DNA of 64,000 bases. It comes from Octopus sinensis. Lineage: Eukaryota. Each line of letters starts with the position of its first letter. The first letter of the stretch is position 1. This document shows positions 1 to 12,968 of the stretch, piece after piece. The notes beneath the pieces are model-generated. The model worked only from the letters and a program-made list of their open reading frames with translations. It was not told the DNA's origin and ran no database searches. Where the stretch lies: positions 27,838,001-27,902,000 of the forward strand of contig NC_043021.1 in assembly GCF_006345805.1 (NCBI RefSeq), read 5' to 3'. Both the position numbers and the translations under genes were made by a program.

Positions 1-296
1 AAATTCGTTTTTTTCTTCTTATAGTCTCATAAACTTTTCGTTCTTTAAACAGTTCTCTGGCTCCTCTTAACTTTATCTCATTCACAAGTGATACACATGT
101 CAGATTCAAAAGCCCTCGCTCATGTCCATATATATGTGTGTGTGTGTGCGTATACACATATAAACATGCAGACACACACACATATATGTGCATATGTATT
201 ATGTATATATATATATATATAAATATGTATATATATGTTTATGTATGTGTTTGAATATATATATATATATATTATATATATATATACCATGTATGC

Positions 297-329
<33 letters not shown>

Positions 330-346
330 TATAAAATACACACATT

Positions 347-379
<33 letters not shown>

Positions 380-413
380 TATATATATACATGTATGCAT
401 ATATATATATATG

Positions 414-464
<51 letters not shown>

Positions 465-1137
465 AAATGCACACATTTATATATATATATATTATATATA
501 TATATATTATATATATATATATGTATATATATATACGATAATCAAGTATAATTTTGATTTAATCCTATTCGAATATGCCTTTAAAACAGATAGTGTAGAT
601 AACGTTATGTCTTACTGCTGGCAAAGCTAGCTGTATACTTTAATAACCTAAAAAAATATCTTCTATCAAATGATATTAAAAAAAAAAAACAGGTAAAAGA
701 GGAGAATAAGTAAGACACCGAAGTTTGGGGCTATAAACCTAAAGTCTTTCAGTAAAATAAAAAGGCAAATATTGTTAAATCTCTCTTTGAAAGTGGGTTC
801 TAATCTTGAAACGGGACAAAAGCCTACTTATAACCACGATGCATCACTAAAGAAAACGTAAGAAGTTCTATTGGAAATGTCAGAGGCGGGTCTTTGTGTA
901 GAAAACTCTTTGCTTCGCTATTGTTGTATAATTAGATTTTGCTTCAATGCCTTAAGTGAAGAGAGATCGAATGTAAAGACAGTTACTGAGTTACATTAGC
1001 GATAGTCGTGTGTACCGACGATGGATCTATTGTAACGATTAAATTACTTTATTAAATTACCTGAGATATTGCGTGAAGGCACATATTTACATTTGTATGA
1101 CTCCAGCAACGAACATTTCTGAATGTCTATCTATCTA

Positions 1138-1209
<72 letters not shown>

Positions 1210-1212
1210 CTA

Positions 1213-1249
<37 letters not shown>

Positions 1250-1465
1250 GTATGCATGGAATAAGCACACAGGACGTGTGTATTATTATACTATTTCCCA
1301 CCAGAAGTAATCACACACAGAGACACTCGTAAGGGATTCGCATGTCATTCAATTCTCTGTATGTGTGTGCCTGTGTGTATATACCGGTGCCTGCCTCTGT
1401 GCTTCACGCGCTCGTTGCGTATGTGTGTGTATATACATGGATTTATAAGTATATCTAAATGTCTG

Positions 1466-1557
<92 letters not shown>

Positions 1558-1857
1558 ACTATCTCTACATGCATACATACATCCATCCATACATACATAT
1601 GTGTATGCGTGTGTGCGTATGTGTATGTGTGTGTGTGTGTGTGTGTTGCATACAATTTACACCGAAGCAAAGTCTCTTCATCGGCTTTCGATAAAGGGTC
1701 ACTATGATTCTGGCCTCTACTGGGCAGTCTCCCACTTTCTATCATTACCGAGTCGCATTGATAGGAGCGATTATGGTGAATGCCCAGGTCATTTTAGCAC
1801 CCTTTTTTTTCATCAGTTCTTTTATTCACACACTAACCTCGCTGATCTATGTGCTCT

Positions 1858-3362
1858 AGCGGGACAAAAGGCCCCTAAGACAAAAACCCCACGGACAAAA
1901 GCCCCACTGACAAAAGCCCCATAGGACAAAAGCCCTATAGGACAAAAGCCCCATAGCACAAAAGCCCCATAGGACAAAGGCCCCACGGACAAAAGCCCCA
2001 CGGACAAAAGCCCCACGGACAAAAGCCCCACACAGCTAGAGTGTGAAAGTAGACAAAAGCCCCACATTTTTCGAATATTTTTCGTTTTTTCACCTTTTAC
2101 TTCTTTCAGTCATGAGGCTGAGGCCATGCTAGGGCACCGCCCTGAATAAATTTTAATCGAATCTAACGACCCCAGAAGCTTTTTTAAATCATGTCCAACC
2201 AGCGCATGAAGTTAAGCCTAAAAGGTGTCTCCAATTGCTAGAAATAACAGCCAAATCTCTTGAATTCTTTTTATAAACCTCTCGGTTCTTTTTATTTTCA
2301 AAAAGTAGTTTTACTTGTTCCAGTTATATGACTGCAGCCATGCTGGGGCACCAGCTTAAAGAATTTTTTTCTTTATTACTTTATTCCGGTGGACCCCCAA
2401 AACCATTTGATGTTTAAAAACTAGTTTTACAGAATCTTACAAAATTCCTAGTTTGTATTTTGCCCATTAACTTGTGTAGGTTGAACTTTGCACAATGCCA
2501 GAGAAAGAAACCCAGCTGTTTCCTGCAATGAATACCAATACATGCATCAAAAGCAAAGTTTGTTGAGGGGCCCTTAAACTATTATCGTGGATCCTCAATT
2601 TACTATTTTGTTGTGTGGACCCCCAAAATCTTGTATGGACGCTCAGGGGCCACAAAAACCCAGGTTGAGAACCTCTGGTCTAGTCAGTGAAGGGTATTTC
2701 GTATTGTTTCTCTTTTGTTAGAATTCAGACATTGAGTAGAAAAGAGTCTTGTGTTGTTATTCTTTTATTAATGTTAAGATTGATTTATTTTCATTCTCAA
2801 ACATTAAAATTATTCTACTGACGAGGAAAATAATTGAAGCTCACAAAAGACAGATGTTTTGACACCGTCCTTCGATTGATAGATATTTTGTTTTACTTTA
2901 GAATTGTAATTTTGGAAAATATTATTGTTTTCTTCACAACCGAAATTTCCGTTTTTGTTTACGTGAAATTATGAAAAGAAAAATTTGTAAGATTTGGCTG
3001 TTATTTAGCAATGATTGAAACAAATAAAAAGATTTTTAGAAAATAAAAAAAAAATGAAGAATAACGAAAAATTACAACCGAGGGCGGTATAAAAATGTAT
3101 AAGATTTGGCTTTTATTTCTAGCATGTAGAGAGACCTTCTAGGCTTAACTTCACGCGCTGGCTGAAAATCATAAAAAAATTTCAGGGGTTGATGCATTCG
3201 ACTAAAAATTCCTCAAGGTGCCCCAGCATGGTCACAGTCTGAAACAAGTTAAAGGTGAAAAAATGAAAAAAAAATAATCGAAAAATATAACCGTGGGATT
3301 TTTTGTCCACTTTCACACTTTAACTATAGGGCTTTTATCCGAGGGGCTTTTGTCCGGACCCC
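1858..3362. mobile_element. Foldback/MULE-like non-autonomous TIR element with subterminal GGACAAAAGCCCC repeats
   Basis: About 10 tandem GGACAAAAGCCCC(A/T) units at 1861-2068; inverted counterpart (GGGGCTTTTGTCC plus TTTCACACT) at 3270-3362. No transposase. Superfamily is inferred. Confidence 0.6.
2386..2677. mobile_element. hAT/Charlie-like MITE fragment nested in the foldback element
   Basis: Right end GGTTGAGAACCTCTG is the reverse complement of a typical hAT terminus; GGACCCCC subterminal motifs. Left end unclear. Confidence 0.45.
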
Positions 3363-3881
3363 GTTCATATAAACCACCAGTGCTTAATAAGAAAATGCTC
3401 TTCAATCCCAAATATGATCTTTTCTTCACACACTTCTATCATATTTACGACGAACCCTTTTCCGCTTCCATTGCATTCCTCATCATTTATCTTCTGTTCT
3501 CCCAAAGTTCAGACAGAAAAGAAGTCCTGGAAATAGCAACAAACCAACACCGCTCAGCGCGTTTGCAACAGCCTCTTGCGTTCTTGCTATTTGCTCATTT
3601 CTTGTTATTTCCTTCCGAAGACATTGTCAACTCAACATGCAGAACAATTTTTTCAAGTGAAGCCAAACCATGAAGCTACATTATTGTTTCTTTATTGTAA
3701 TAGGGGTGGAGAACGAGCAATATACCCCAAATATTTTCACTTACCAGTTATTGGCACTATTCAGGATTCCCCTACCTCGGTTCCTTTTCTCATTCTCCGA
3801 GTAATATTGATCGATATTTATGCTCATGAGTCCCTGTACCCTATATACATCTGTATTTGTATGGTTTATACGTTTATATCA

Positions 3882-4070
3882 ACACTTTATTCCTTAAGTT
3901 ACAACAAAAGCAGCCTAGTGTTCACGGTAGAGGCCATCGGATGGCACCGTCTGAAAGCAGCTTTCTGTCAGTTCTTTAATCCCGTGCTGATAGCAGTTCA
4001 TGTCTTTTGAGGCGAAGAACTTCTGCACTGAAGCTTCCACCTTCTCTGCGTTGTAGTGTCGCGAGTTTGA
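3882..4070 (-). mobile_element. mariner transposase C-terminal fragment
   Basis: Minus strand reads EKVEASVQKFFASKDMNCYQHGIKELT..GLY, a mariner C-terminus, followed by a TIR-like end. Confidence 0.65.
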
Positions 4071-4094
4071 GTGAGTTTTTGTTTGAATAAAGTA

Positions 4095-4312
4095 AATAAG
4101 CTACACACAACGCCCCCTACACCGGGCGTTGTGTGTGTTTATTGAACGAAAACACCTTAAAGCTCCACGAGGCTCCGGCAGGGGTAGGTGGCGACCCCTT
4201 TCTCTCACTCTTTCTTCCTACTTCTTGAGTAACGCTGCGATGGACTGGCGTCACATCCAGCTTGGGGGGGGGGACATACGCCACAGAAACCGGGAAAGCG
4301 GGCCCATGAGTT
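4095..4312 (+). mobile_element. tRNA-derived SINE, family A, 5' truncated
   Basis: Shares AAGCTCCACG.GGCTCCGGCAG and GAAACCGGGAAA blocks with copies at 5539, 37135 and 39295. Confidence 0.7.
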
Positions 4313-4356
4313 TATAAAATATGTACATGATATAAGAGACTACAGTATATCATATA

Positions 4357-4873
4357 TCTCTATATATAAAACTGTAGTTGTGTGAGTGTCTGTCTCCTAC
4401 GATTTAGATTCCTAACTCCTCCCACATTTTGCGGTGCAGTTTAACCAAATTCGGGTATCTTATAGTCGTGATTAATATCAAGCCCGTCTGGCTATTAGCG
4501 CGCGTCTACGATGAGTCTACGATTTAAAAAATAATTTAACATCATTTTTTATTCCATTTTAATGCACAATTTTTCGTGTGTCGATGGCGGCGGAGTTGGC
4601 GTCCATGCTCAAACACCTGCACCTGTGTTTGCTTCTCCCCCTTCTTCCCTCCCTCGTGAAGCTGTGGGGAAGGGAGTGTAAGGAAATCAACGTCGTAATG
4701 CGTTGTCAAGGAGACCAGCGTTCTTTTAGAACAACGACTTCATGGCTTGAAGACACCAAAACAGAAATGGCTAAGAAAGCCCGAATTGGCATCTATAAAG
4801 GAAGTAACTCTCTAAAAATGCTTATATAGTTATTTCCCTTACAAACCCGAGCAACGCCGGGCGATACTGCTAG
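4357..4873 (+). mobile_element. Non-autonomous Helitron, copy 1
   Basis: A|TC 5' end (TCTCTATATATAAAACTG); 3' hairpin CCCGAGCAACGCCGGG then CTAG|T; no TSD. Confidence 0.85.
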
Positions 4874-4876
4874 TAA

Positions 4877-5389
4877 TCTATATATATAAAACTGTAGTTG
4901 TGTGAGTGTCTGTCCCCTTCAATTTAGATTCCTAACTACTCCCACATTTTGCGGTGCAGTTTAACCAAAACCGGGTATCTTATAGTCGTGATTCATATCG
5001 AGCCCGTCTGAGTATTAGCGCGCGTCTACGATGAGTCTACGATTTTAAAAATAATTTAACATCATTTTTTATTCCATTTTAATGCATAATTTTTCGTGTG
5101 TCGATGGCGGCGGAGTTGGCGTCCACGCTCACACCTGCACCTGTTTGCTTCTCCCTCTTCTTCCCTCCCTCGTGAAGCTGTGGGGAAGGGAGTGTAAGGA
5201 AATCAACGTCGTAAAGCGTTGTCAAGGAGACCAGCGTTCTTTTAGAACAACGACTTCATGGCTTGAAGACACTAAAACAGAAATGGCTAAGAAAGCCCGA
5301 ATTGGCATCTATAAGGGAAGTAACTCTCTAAAAATGCTTATATAGTTATTTCCCTTACAAACCCGAGCAACGCCGGGCGATACTGCTAG
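4877..5389 (+). mobile_element. Non-autonomous Helitron, copy 2 (head-to-tail with copy 1)
   Basis: Near-identical to 4357-4873 with the same TC start, hairpin and CTAG|T end. Confidence 0.85.
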
Positions 5390-5538
5390 TGTAATATAAT
5401 ATAATACACACATTGTACATTATCTCTTTCTGTCGCTAATACTTCCTGTCTGTATGTACGTTTGTGTGTTCGTGTGTGTGTCCGTGCGCGCGCACGCATG
5501 TTTGAGTTCCTGTGCATGTGTGTTTTATATACGCGTTT

Positions 5539-5830
5539 ATGAATATATAGTGGAGGCACATAGACTAGTGGTTCGAGCAGCGGACTCGCGGTCGAAGGAT
5601 CGCGGGTTCGAATCTCAGACTGGGTGTTTATGAACGAAACACCTAAGCTCCACGCGGCTCCGGCAGAAGGTAATGGCGAACTTCTGCTGACTCTTTCGCC
5701 ACAACTTTCTATCACTCTTTCCTCCTGCATCTTGCAGCTCACCTGCGACGGACCGGCGGGGAACCTATACGCCAAGGAACCGGGAAACCGGCCCTAATGA
5801 GCCAGGCGTGGCTCGAGAAGGAACAAACAA
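5539..5830 (+). mobile_element. tRNA-derived SINE, family A
   Basis: A-box-like TAGTGGTTCGAGC and B box GGTTCGAATC; multiple copies in the window. Confidence 0.8.
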
Positions 5831-5849
5831 TATGAATATATAGTGGTTT

Positions 5850-6059
5850 CAAATTTTGAAACACGGTCAGCAGATTCGGGTGACGGAGCAAGTCGATTAC
5901 ATCGACTCCAGTACTAACCTGGTATATATTTTATCGACCCAGACAGGATGAAAGGCAAAATCGACCTGGGCGGAATTTGAACTCAGAATGTAAAGACGGA
6001 CGAAATGGCGTCGAACATTTTTGCCCGGCGTGCTAACGAGTCTGCCAGCCCGCTGCCTT
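5850..6059 (-). mobile_element. tRNA-derived SINE, family B
   Basis: Reverse complement of the AAGGCGGCGAGCTGGCAGAATCGTTAGC...GAGTTCAAATTCCGCCGAGGTCGAC family. Confidence 0.75.
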
Positions 6060-6370
6060 ATTATGAATGTATACTCATGTTAAATTGGAGGAGTTGTTAC
6101 ACTATTAGACATGCTGCTTTACTCTCTTCTCTTCCGACTCTCGGCGTTATGATTTCAAATATTCAACTAATTCAACTCTTCTTTTCAACGTTTAGTTATC
6201 CGTAAATATCATGCTATTTCATTACTAGGACGGGTATTGCCATTCTCTTCCGTTTTGTTTGTCTGTCTATCATTCTTATCTTTCTCTTTCTCTCTGCCTC
6301 TCTTTATCTCTCTCTCCACCCACCCCACTCTCTCTCTCTCTCTCTCTCTTTCTTTCTCGCTTTCTTGTAG

Positions 6371-6542
6371 AAACGGAGCATGGTCAGATCTTGAGAATTA
6401 TAAAAGTGCTCAATATACGTCGTGCATCACGCGGGACGTGACACTTCATTCCGTTTCGAAGGAAAATGTTGACATTGGCATTAGTCTGACAAAGGAGCCG
6501 AAACCGAAAGTTGAAATCACAGTCAACGTTTTCCGTGAATAA
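6371..6542 (+). CDS. Candidate terminal coding exon of an unidentified gene (NGAWSDLENYK...KVEITVNVFRE*)
   Basis: Long CT tract ending TTCTTGTAG; open non-repetitive frame (phase 2) to TAA. No recognised domain. Confidence 0.4.
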
Positions 6543-6626
6543 TTGGAATACATACTTTACTCCTAATTAAGGGTAGAGTTTACTATGATTGGCTGCTCAT
6601 ACACACACACGTATTATATATGTATG

Positions 6627-6704
<78 letters not shown>

Positions 6705-7084
6705 TGTGTGTATGTGTGTCTGTGTGTGTGTATGTTTGTATGTATGTATGTATGTAAAAGCGCAATTATTAGTATATATGTATATAGTATGTATGAGTAC
6801 ATTTGTATAAATTATAGCTGGGAAGAATAAAGTGTCGACAGTGAATATGAATTACTTCGCATTCCTTTGATCCAGTGGCAGAACACTTACCATGTCTAAT
6901 AGAGACGTAACTTTGAGTCTCACGTTCAGCTTTTGATTTTTTAAAAAATTATATCCAAATTATATCAACTCGATATTTACATGCAATTATTTATGCGTTT
7001 TCCCTCCATGTCTACAAGTTCTTATGCCGTCAATGATATATGAGTGCATGTGTGTGTGTGTGTGTGTGTTGATTTCACATTTTA

Positions 7085-7462
7085 GCACAAGACTAAGAAT
7101 TGCATCCACCCCAGTGCTCAATTGGTCCCTATTCTATCGTTCCCGAAAGGATGAAACGTAAAGTCGACCCCGGCGGCATTTGAACTCAGAACGCAAAGAC
7201 GGACGAAATGCCGCAAAGAACTCTTTTTTCGGCGTGGTAACAATTCTGCCAACTCGTTGTCTTCCTTGTGCGTATATATTGGCAAGAGAACAGCAATTTC
7301 AGGGAAAGGGAAGAATGGATTTTATTGAGCCAAGTACTAAACTTGTACTTGTTTTATCGACTCCGAAAGGGTGAAAGGCAAAGTCGACTTCAGCTGAATT
7401 CGAACTCAGGACGACGAAATACTGCTAAGCGTTTCACCCGGTGTACTAACGAGTCTGCAAGT
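7085..7462 (-). mobile_element. Two family-B SINE copies
   Basis: Two copies of AAAGTCGAC..GGCGG.ATTTGAACTCAG at about 7160 and 7380. Confidence 0.7.
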
Positions 7463-7929
7463 TCACTGTTTTCTGTGTGCGCGCCTATGTGTGTGTGCAT
7501 GTATATCAACCCAATCGTGTTTATTTTAATACCTTATTCGCACTTATTTTATTCCTGTCTGCTAATTACTCCTTTTGCTTGGAACAATAGCGTTTCGAAG
7601 TCAATTTCAAACCTCCAAGAACTTCGCTTCCTTGTCTTACGAACGAAACGGTGTGACTCACACGATGCTATCACGCTTTTGCTGACGAGCAACAAAAGAT
7701 TGTGGAAATGATGTAGTGCCAAACAAAATCGTCAATGCTGCATTTTAAATTGTTTTTCTTCAAACTCCAAATTGCTTTGTCACACAATTTCCCGTATTCT
7801 GTACATATCTTGAATTTTTCGTTTGTATTACGCTTTTAATAAAACTTCTGTATGTAATATCGTACATTCTTTGCGGTGTTTTGCATCACCAATGAGGAAA
7901 TACGCAGTGAATATTAACTCGATTTAAGG

Positions 7930-8330
7930 CAGAAACGTCAGCACGCCGGGTAAAATGCGTAGCAGTATTTCCTTTGAGTGCAAATTCCGCCGAGGTCGAC
8001 TTTGCCTTTCATCCTTTCGGGGTCGATAAATAAAGTACCAGTTACGCACTTGGGTCAGTCTAATCGACTAAATCCCTTTGTCTGTCCTTGTTAGTTCCCT
8101 CTATGTTTAGCCCCTTGTGGGCAATAAAGAAATAAGAATAATTAGCACGCCGGGAAAAATGCGTATCGGCGTTTCGTCCGTCTTTTCCTCCTGTGTTCAA
8201 ATTCTTCCAAGGTTGATTTTTGCCTTTCATCATTTCGGGGTCGATAGAATAAGTAGCGATTGAACACTGGGGCCGATGTGATCAGCTAATCCCTTTCCAC
8301 AAAATTGCTGGACATGTACCAAAATTTGAA
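7930..8330 (+). mobile_element. Two tandem family-B SINE copies
   Basis: GTCGACTTTGCCTTTCATCCTTTCGGGGTCGAT core present twice. Confidence 0.7.
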
Positions 8331-8643
8331 ATAAAAACTTCGATGGAATTAAGCAATTACCAATCTTGAAATAACGCAGACAATGTTATCATTTACAGTA
8401 ACATTCCCAACTTGGCTACGACAAAACAATAAAACACGTGACACTTGTACAGCTTTCTTAATACAAAAGATGTAAATAATATCTTAAAATAAACCGAACA
8501 TTTAATTATTTAAATTATTTAATATTTAAATTTCAGTATCTGTCTCTAGATTACGCGTTACCTACACAAACCAAATGTAAATAATAACTGAATTTGCCTA
8601 TGATTAAAAAGCCCTTACTTCAAACATTTGCATAGATGTATCC

Positions 8644-8726
<83 letters not shown>

Positions 8727-8924
8727 AATTGTCTGTCTGTATCTACCCATTTATATATATATATATATATATACAACAATTGCAGCGTGGAAGATGTTTA
8801 TAAGCCGTTAGATTCACTTCAACATATAAATTTAATTTGACAAATTTAATTTAATTTGCTGCACGAAGTTTTGTCAGTGAACAGTTCGAGGTCTCAAAGC
8901 GACGAAAATATTTTGACAAATCAA

Positions 8925-9330
8925 AGGCGGCGAGCTGGCAGAATCGTTAGCACGCTGGGTGAAATGCTTAGCAGTATTTCGTCTGCCGCTACGTTCTGAG
9001 TTCAAATTTCGCCGAGGTCGACTCTGTCTTTCATCCTTTCGGGGTCGATTAAATAAGTACCAGTAACGCACTGGGGTCGATATAATCGACTTAATCCCTT
9101 TGCTTGTCCTCTCTGTGTTTGGCCCCTTGTGGGTAGTAAAGAAATAGATATTTCGCCCATCGCTACGTTCTGAGTTCAAATTCCGCCGAGGTCGACTTTG
9201 CCTTCCATCCTTTCGGGGTCGATAAATTAAGTACAAGTGACGCACTGGGGTCGATGTAACCGACCTAATCCGTTTGTCTGTCCTTGTTTGTCCCTTGTAT
9301 GTTTAGCCCCTTGTGGGTAATAAAGAAACA
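8925..9330 (+). mobile_element. Family-B SINE plus tandem partial duplicate
   Basis: Full head AAGGCGGCGAGCTGGCAG at 8925; body repeated from about 9149. Confidence 0.8.
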
Positions 9331-9484
9331 AATCTTTTGACAAATTGAATTTAAATATTGAAGTGAATCTAACGGTTTTTGTGTGTTTCTTAAATGGCTT
9401 ATAAATACCTTCCACGCTGCAATTGATTTCGTTGCAGCACACGATCTCAGATCAAGTCACTCGCTATGCAAGTACATCTCCGTA

Positions 9485-9527
<43 letters not shown>

Positions 9528-10241
9528 GCTCTTGTCTTATGACTGACAAGGGACGCAAGCTCCATATGTGATTTGTAGTACACCTAGTCACTTTAGTGAT
9601 GTGTATAGTTCTGCTTTTCGGCCGTAAATTGTGAATAAGTCACCTATATAATATGATATAATATAATATAATATAATATATATATATTGCAACAAGTTGC
9701 TCAAAACCACATACCGAAAATGCTAGAAATGGCAGCCAGATAGGTCACCATTTCCCTACTATTGCTTTGACAAGGAAATGAACCTCTGGTTCTCATCCAG
9801 AAACGAATTTTCGTCTGTACTTAATCCAATAGGAGGTTGTTGCACTGATAGCAGCCAAAGTTTTTTATTAGCAAAACTAGTCTCCCCTGGACACTCGTTC
9901 GTCGATTTCTCCTTGGACTGTTGATTCTCTTTTATAGAACATCATCATGTAGGTATTGACTGAGGATTCACTGATCTGCTCTGTATCAATGTTGCTATTG
10001 CTCGTGGTTCAGTTCTGTTTCTAACATAATACCTGATCTGCAGCTACAATGAATATCTTTCCCTTCGACCCGACCACAGACTTTCTTCACTCATTCAAAC
10101 TATTCTTTACAAAACCATATTTTTTCCACATCCGTATCACTCTCCAAACATTAAACCAATTCATACACCATGTTCTTTGCATCAAAACGGTTGTCTTCTG
10201 CGATTCCTTGCCAGCCCATATTTTCTCACACATCGCGCAGC

Positions 10242-10447
10242 TGGCGAGCTGTCAGAATCGGTAGCAAACCGGTCAAAAAATGCTTAACGGCATTTCGTCC
10301 CTCTTTACTTTCTGATTTCAAATTTCTTCTGGGGTCGACTTTGCCTTTCAACCTTTTCGTATCGATAAAATAAGTGCCAGTTGAGCAGTGGAGTCGATGT
10401 AATAGACTAACCCTCTCCCTCAATATTTCAGGCCTTATGATTATCGT
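10242..10447 (+). mobile_element. Family-B SINE
   Basis: GCTGGCGAGCTGTCAGAATCG head and GGGGTCGACTTTGCCTTTCA core. Confidence 0.7.
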
Positions 10448-11125
10448 AGAAAAGATTATTTCGCAGCTACACAACAAAAACCTTAGCCGTGTAGATCACA
10501 ACGCTCATAGTAAACTAGCAAAGCCTTTTACACAGCCGCATCCCTTTGATCAAACCATCCGAAAGCCCACACTCGCTAAATCTAAACGTTGTTTTATAAT
10601 AACACTTTATTTTCCAATACAAAATTTTTATCCTGTTCTTATATTTGAAATCAATAATCTCTTATCACATTCGATAATGTATATCTAACTTACATTATAA
10701 GTCAAAACTAATAACTAATTGATCACGACAGGTAACTCTTTGATGGTCGGTTTACATAATCAATATTCCATTATATATGCATAATCGCCAATATTCTATT
10801 ATGTATCTGTAAACATATTTCGTATTGCTGTTAAGTTACTTTCATGTAAAAATTTAAATTAACGAGTGCATACTGCCAGAATACACTACAACGATTTGCT
10901 TTTTCCCCAGTGTCTCTTTTGGTTAACAAGTCTTGTAATATGCTCTTTGATTGAGGGTTAGACCGGTGCTTTATAGAAGCTTGGAGTGGAAAAAGATGAC
11001 TCGGAGAGATTTCAGCTCAGAACATCGGAAGAAATACAGTTCTGTATTTAAGAGATGAGGAATTATGTACATTATTTACATTATTTACATTTGACGGATA
11101 TTTGTCCTCATCTTGTTTGCTGTTA

Positions 11126-11169
11126 ACACAACATTTCGGCTTATATACCCTCCAACTTTCATCAGGTGT
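11126..11169 (-). ncRNA. Degenerate minimal hammerhead ribozyme motif (PLE-type)
   Basis: ACAC-CTGATGA-A-(stem II broken)-GAA-ATGT-T-GTGT. Core and stem I are present. Confidence 0.5.
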
Positions 11170-11239
11170 CTTTGGGGAATTTCGAACCTGAGTTCTCATT
11201 CCTAAGGTATGAGAAGGACTACGCCATATTCCCGTGGGC

Positions 11240-11317
11240 ATATGGCGTAGTGGTTAAGAGCTCGGGCTACTAACCCCAAGATTCCGAGTTCGATTCCAAG
11301 CAGTGACCTGAATAATG

Positions 11318-11359
<42 letters not shown>

Positions 11360-11381
11360 GTAATAATGATAATAATAATGA
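11240..11381 (+). mobile_element. Short tRNA-derived SINE with (AAT)n tail
   Basis: TGGCGTAGTGG A box, GAGTTCGATTCC B box, then GTGACCTGAAT(AAT)n. Confidence 0.7.
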
Positions 11382-11390
11382 CAATAATTA

Positions 11391-12387
11391 TAAACAGAGC
11401 TGAATGCGAGAAACAGGATCGGAGCGATCAATGCTTTAGCCATACCAGTCGTGACTTACAGTTTCAATATCGCTAACTGGTCAATTACTGAAATATGTAA
11501 TCGTGACAGAAAAATACGAAAACTGTTGACAATGCATAAAATGCACCACCCTAAGGCAGATATAGAACGACTTTATCTACCAAGAAAAGAGGGAGGCCGT
11601 GAGCTTTTACAACTGGCAATAACAATGAAGATTGCTACCTGAAAATCTCTGAGGACTGGAGGTTAAAACTTGTCTCAAGTTGCAGTCTTCTAGCGCCTAC
11701 AGAGTATCTCAACAGGTATGATAGAGCTGCGCAATATATTCACTGGATAATTTTCAAAAACCTGGACCTGCCCCATGATAAAATCTTGTGGGAACACAAA
11801 CCACCCCCAGTGCTTGAAAATGACCACATCTCACTCCTCTGGAACTTCACCATTCAAACTGACAGAAAGATAGATGCAAATAGGCCAGACATCATATTGA
11901 AAGACTTCAGACAAAGAACATGCCTCCTCATTGATATGACTGTCCCAATCGATATAAACGTATCTGTCAAGACCTACCAAAAACTGAGCAAATATAAAGA
12001 TCTTGAAATAGAAATCAGCAAAATGTGGAAGCTGAAGACTAAAACAATACCTGTTGTCATAGGTGCCCTGTGAATGATAGCAAAAGGGGCTGATTGCTAC
12101 CTAACTCAGATACCAGGAAACCCAAAAATGGCAGAAATTCAAAAGATAGTGCTCATGGGAACTGCTCATATCCTACGCAAAATACTTTCTATGTAATCTC
12201 AAGTTTTAAAACAAACATAATTTTCGTATAGTTTTTTAGATATTCACTAGTACAACACTAAGTACAAAACCAAATATATGGCACCCTAAGCATAACACCA
12301 ACATGAACTTCCAGCTTGTTGTCTCTTGAGGTTTCTGGGTGAGACTTGGAGCCAGCTTGTGCAAATGTAAAGCAAAAGTCAAACATA

Positions 12388-12389
<2 letters not shown>
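11391..12389 (+). mobile_element. R4/Dong-like non-LTR retrotransposon 3' fragment (RT C-terminus plus RLE endonuclease), internally deleted
   Basis: LYLPRKEGGR; RPDIILKD..CLLIDMTVP..KLSKYKDL..IPVVIGAL (PD..D RLE); 3' UTR ends in (TAA)n. Confidence 0.85.
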
Positions 12390-12468
<79 letters not shown>

Positions 12469-12575
12469 GCTTTCATACTGTAAAGTCATTCTGTAACATC
12501 ACTTGTCCTTCACTTGCTCTAGGACGTTGGGTGTGTGTCGGCAAATGATTGTAACAAGCATGCAGATTAAATGTA

Positions 12576-12655
<80 letters not shown>

Positions 12656-12968
12656 CAATAATAATAATAATAATAATAATATTTGTTTTGTCTTGGTATA
12701 AAAGATGGGCTACAGCAAATTTTCTGCTCAATACTACGGATTTGCTTAAACATATCAAAGGGAAATGGAAAATGAATTACAATTTTCAACTCCAGTGGCC
12801 CAACGTGTAAAAATTTAGTCCCAAAAGATTATGAATTAGTCATACTATATAGTGTACATTTAAGCACATTAGGAATCCACTCGTGGAATTCAACACGCTA
12901 GAAAAAACAGCTAGGTTCTATAACCACAAAAATTGGGATAAATTTCGACAGGAACGAAATAAAAATAA

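Noticed and set aside
120-630. ORFs rich in YI, CV, HT or LSIY here and throughout the window
   Set aside because: Translations of (TA)n, (TG)n, (TCTA)n and (TATG)n microsatellites.
1861-2068. CRISPR-like repeat array
   Set aside because: No unique spacers, eukaryotic context, and an inverted partner exists.
3745-3850. Possible minus-strand exon DVYRVQGLMSINIDQYY..NNW
   Set aside because: Good GTAAGT donor but a weak acceptor and no compatible neighbouring exon or homology.
7675-7712. CTGACGA..GAAA motif
   Set aside because: No G10.1-C11.1 closing pair and no stem I.
11240-11305. tRNA gene
   Set aside because: No proper acceptor stem; (AAT)n tail indicates a SINE.
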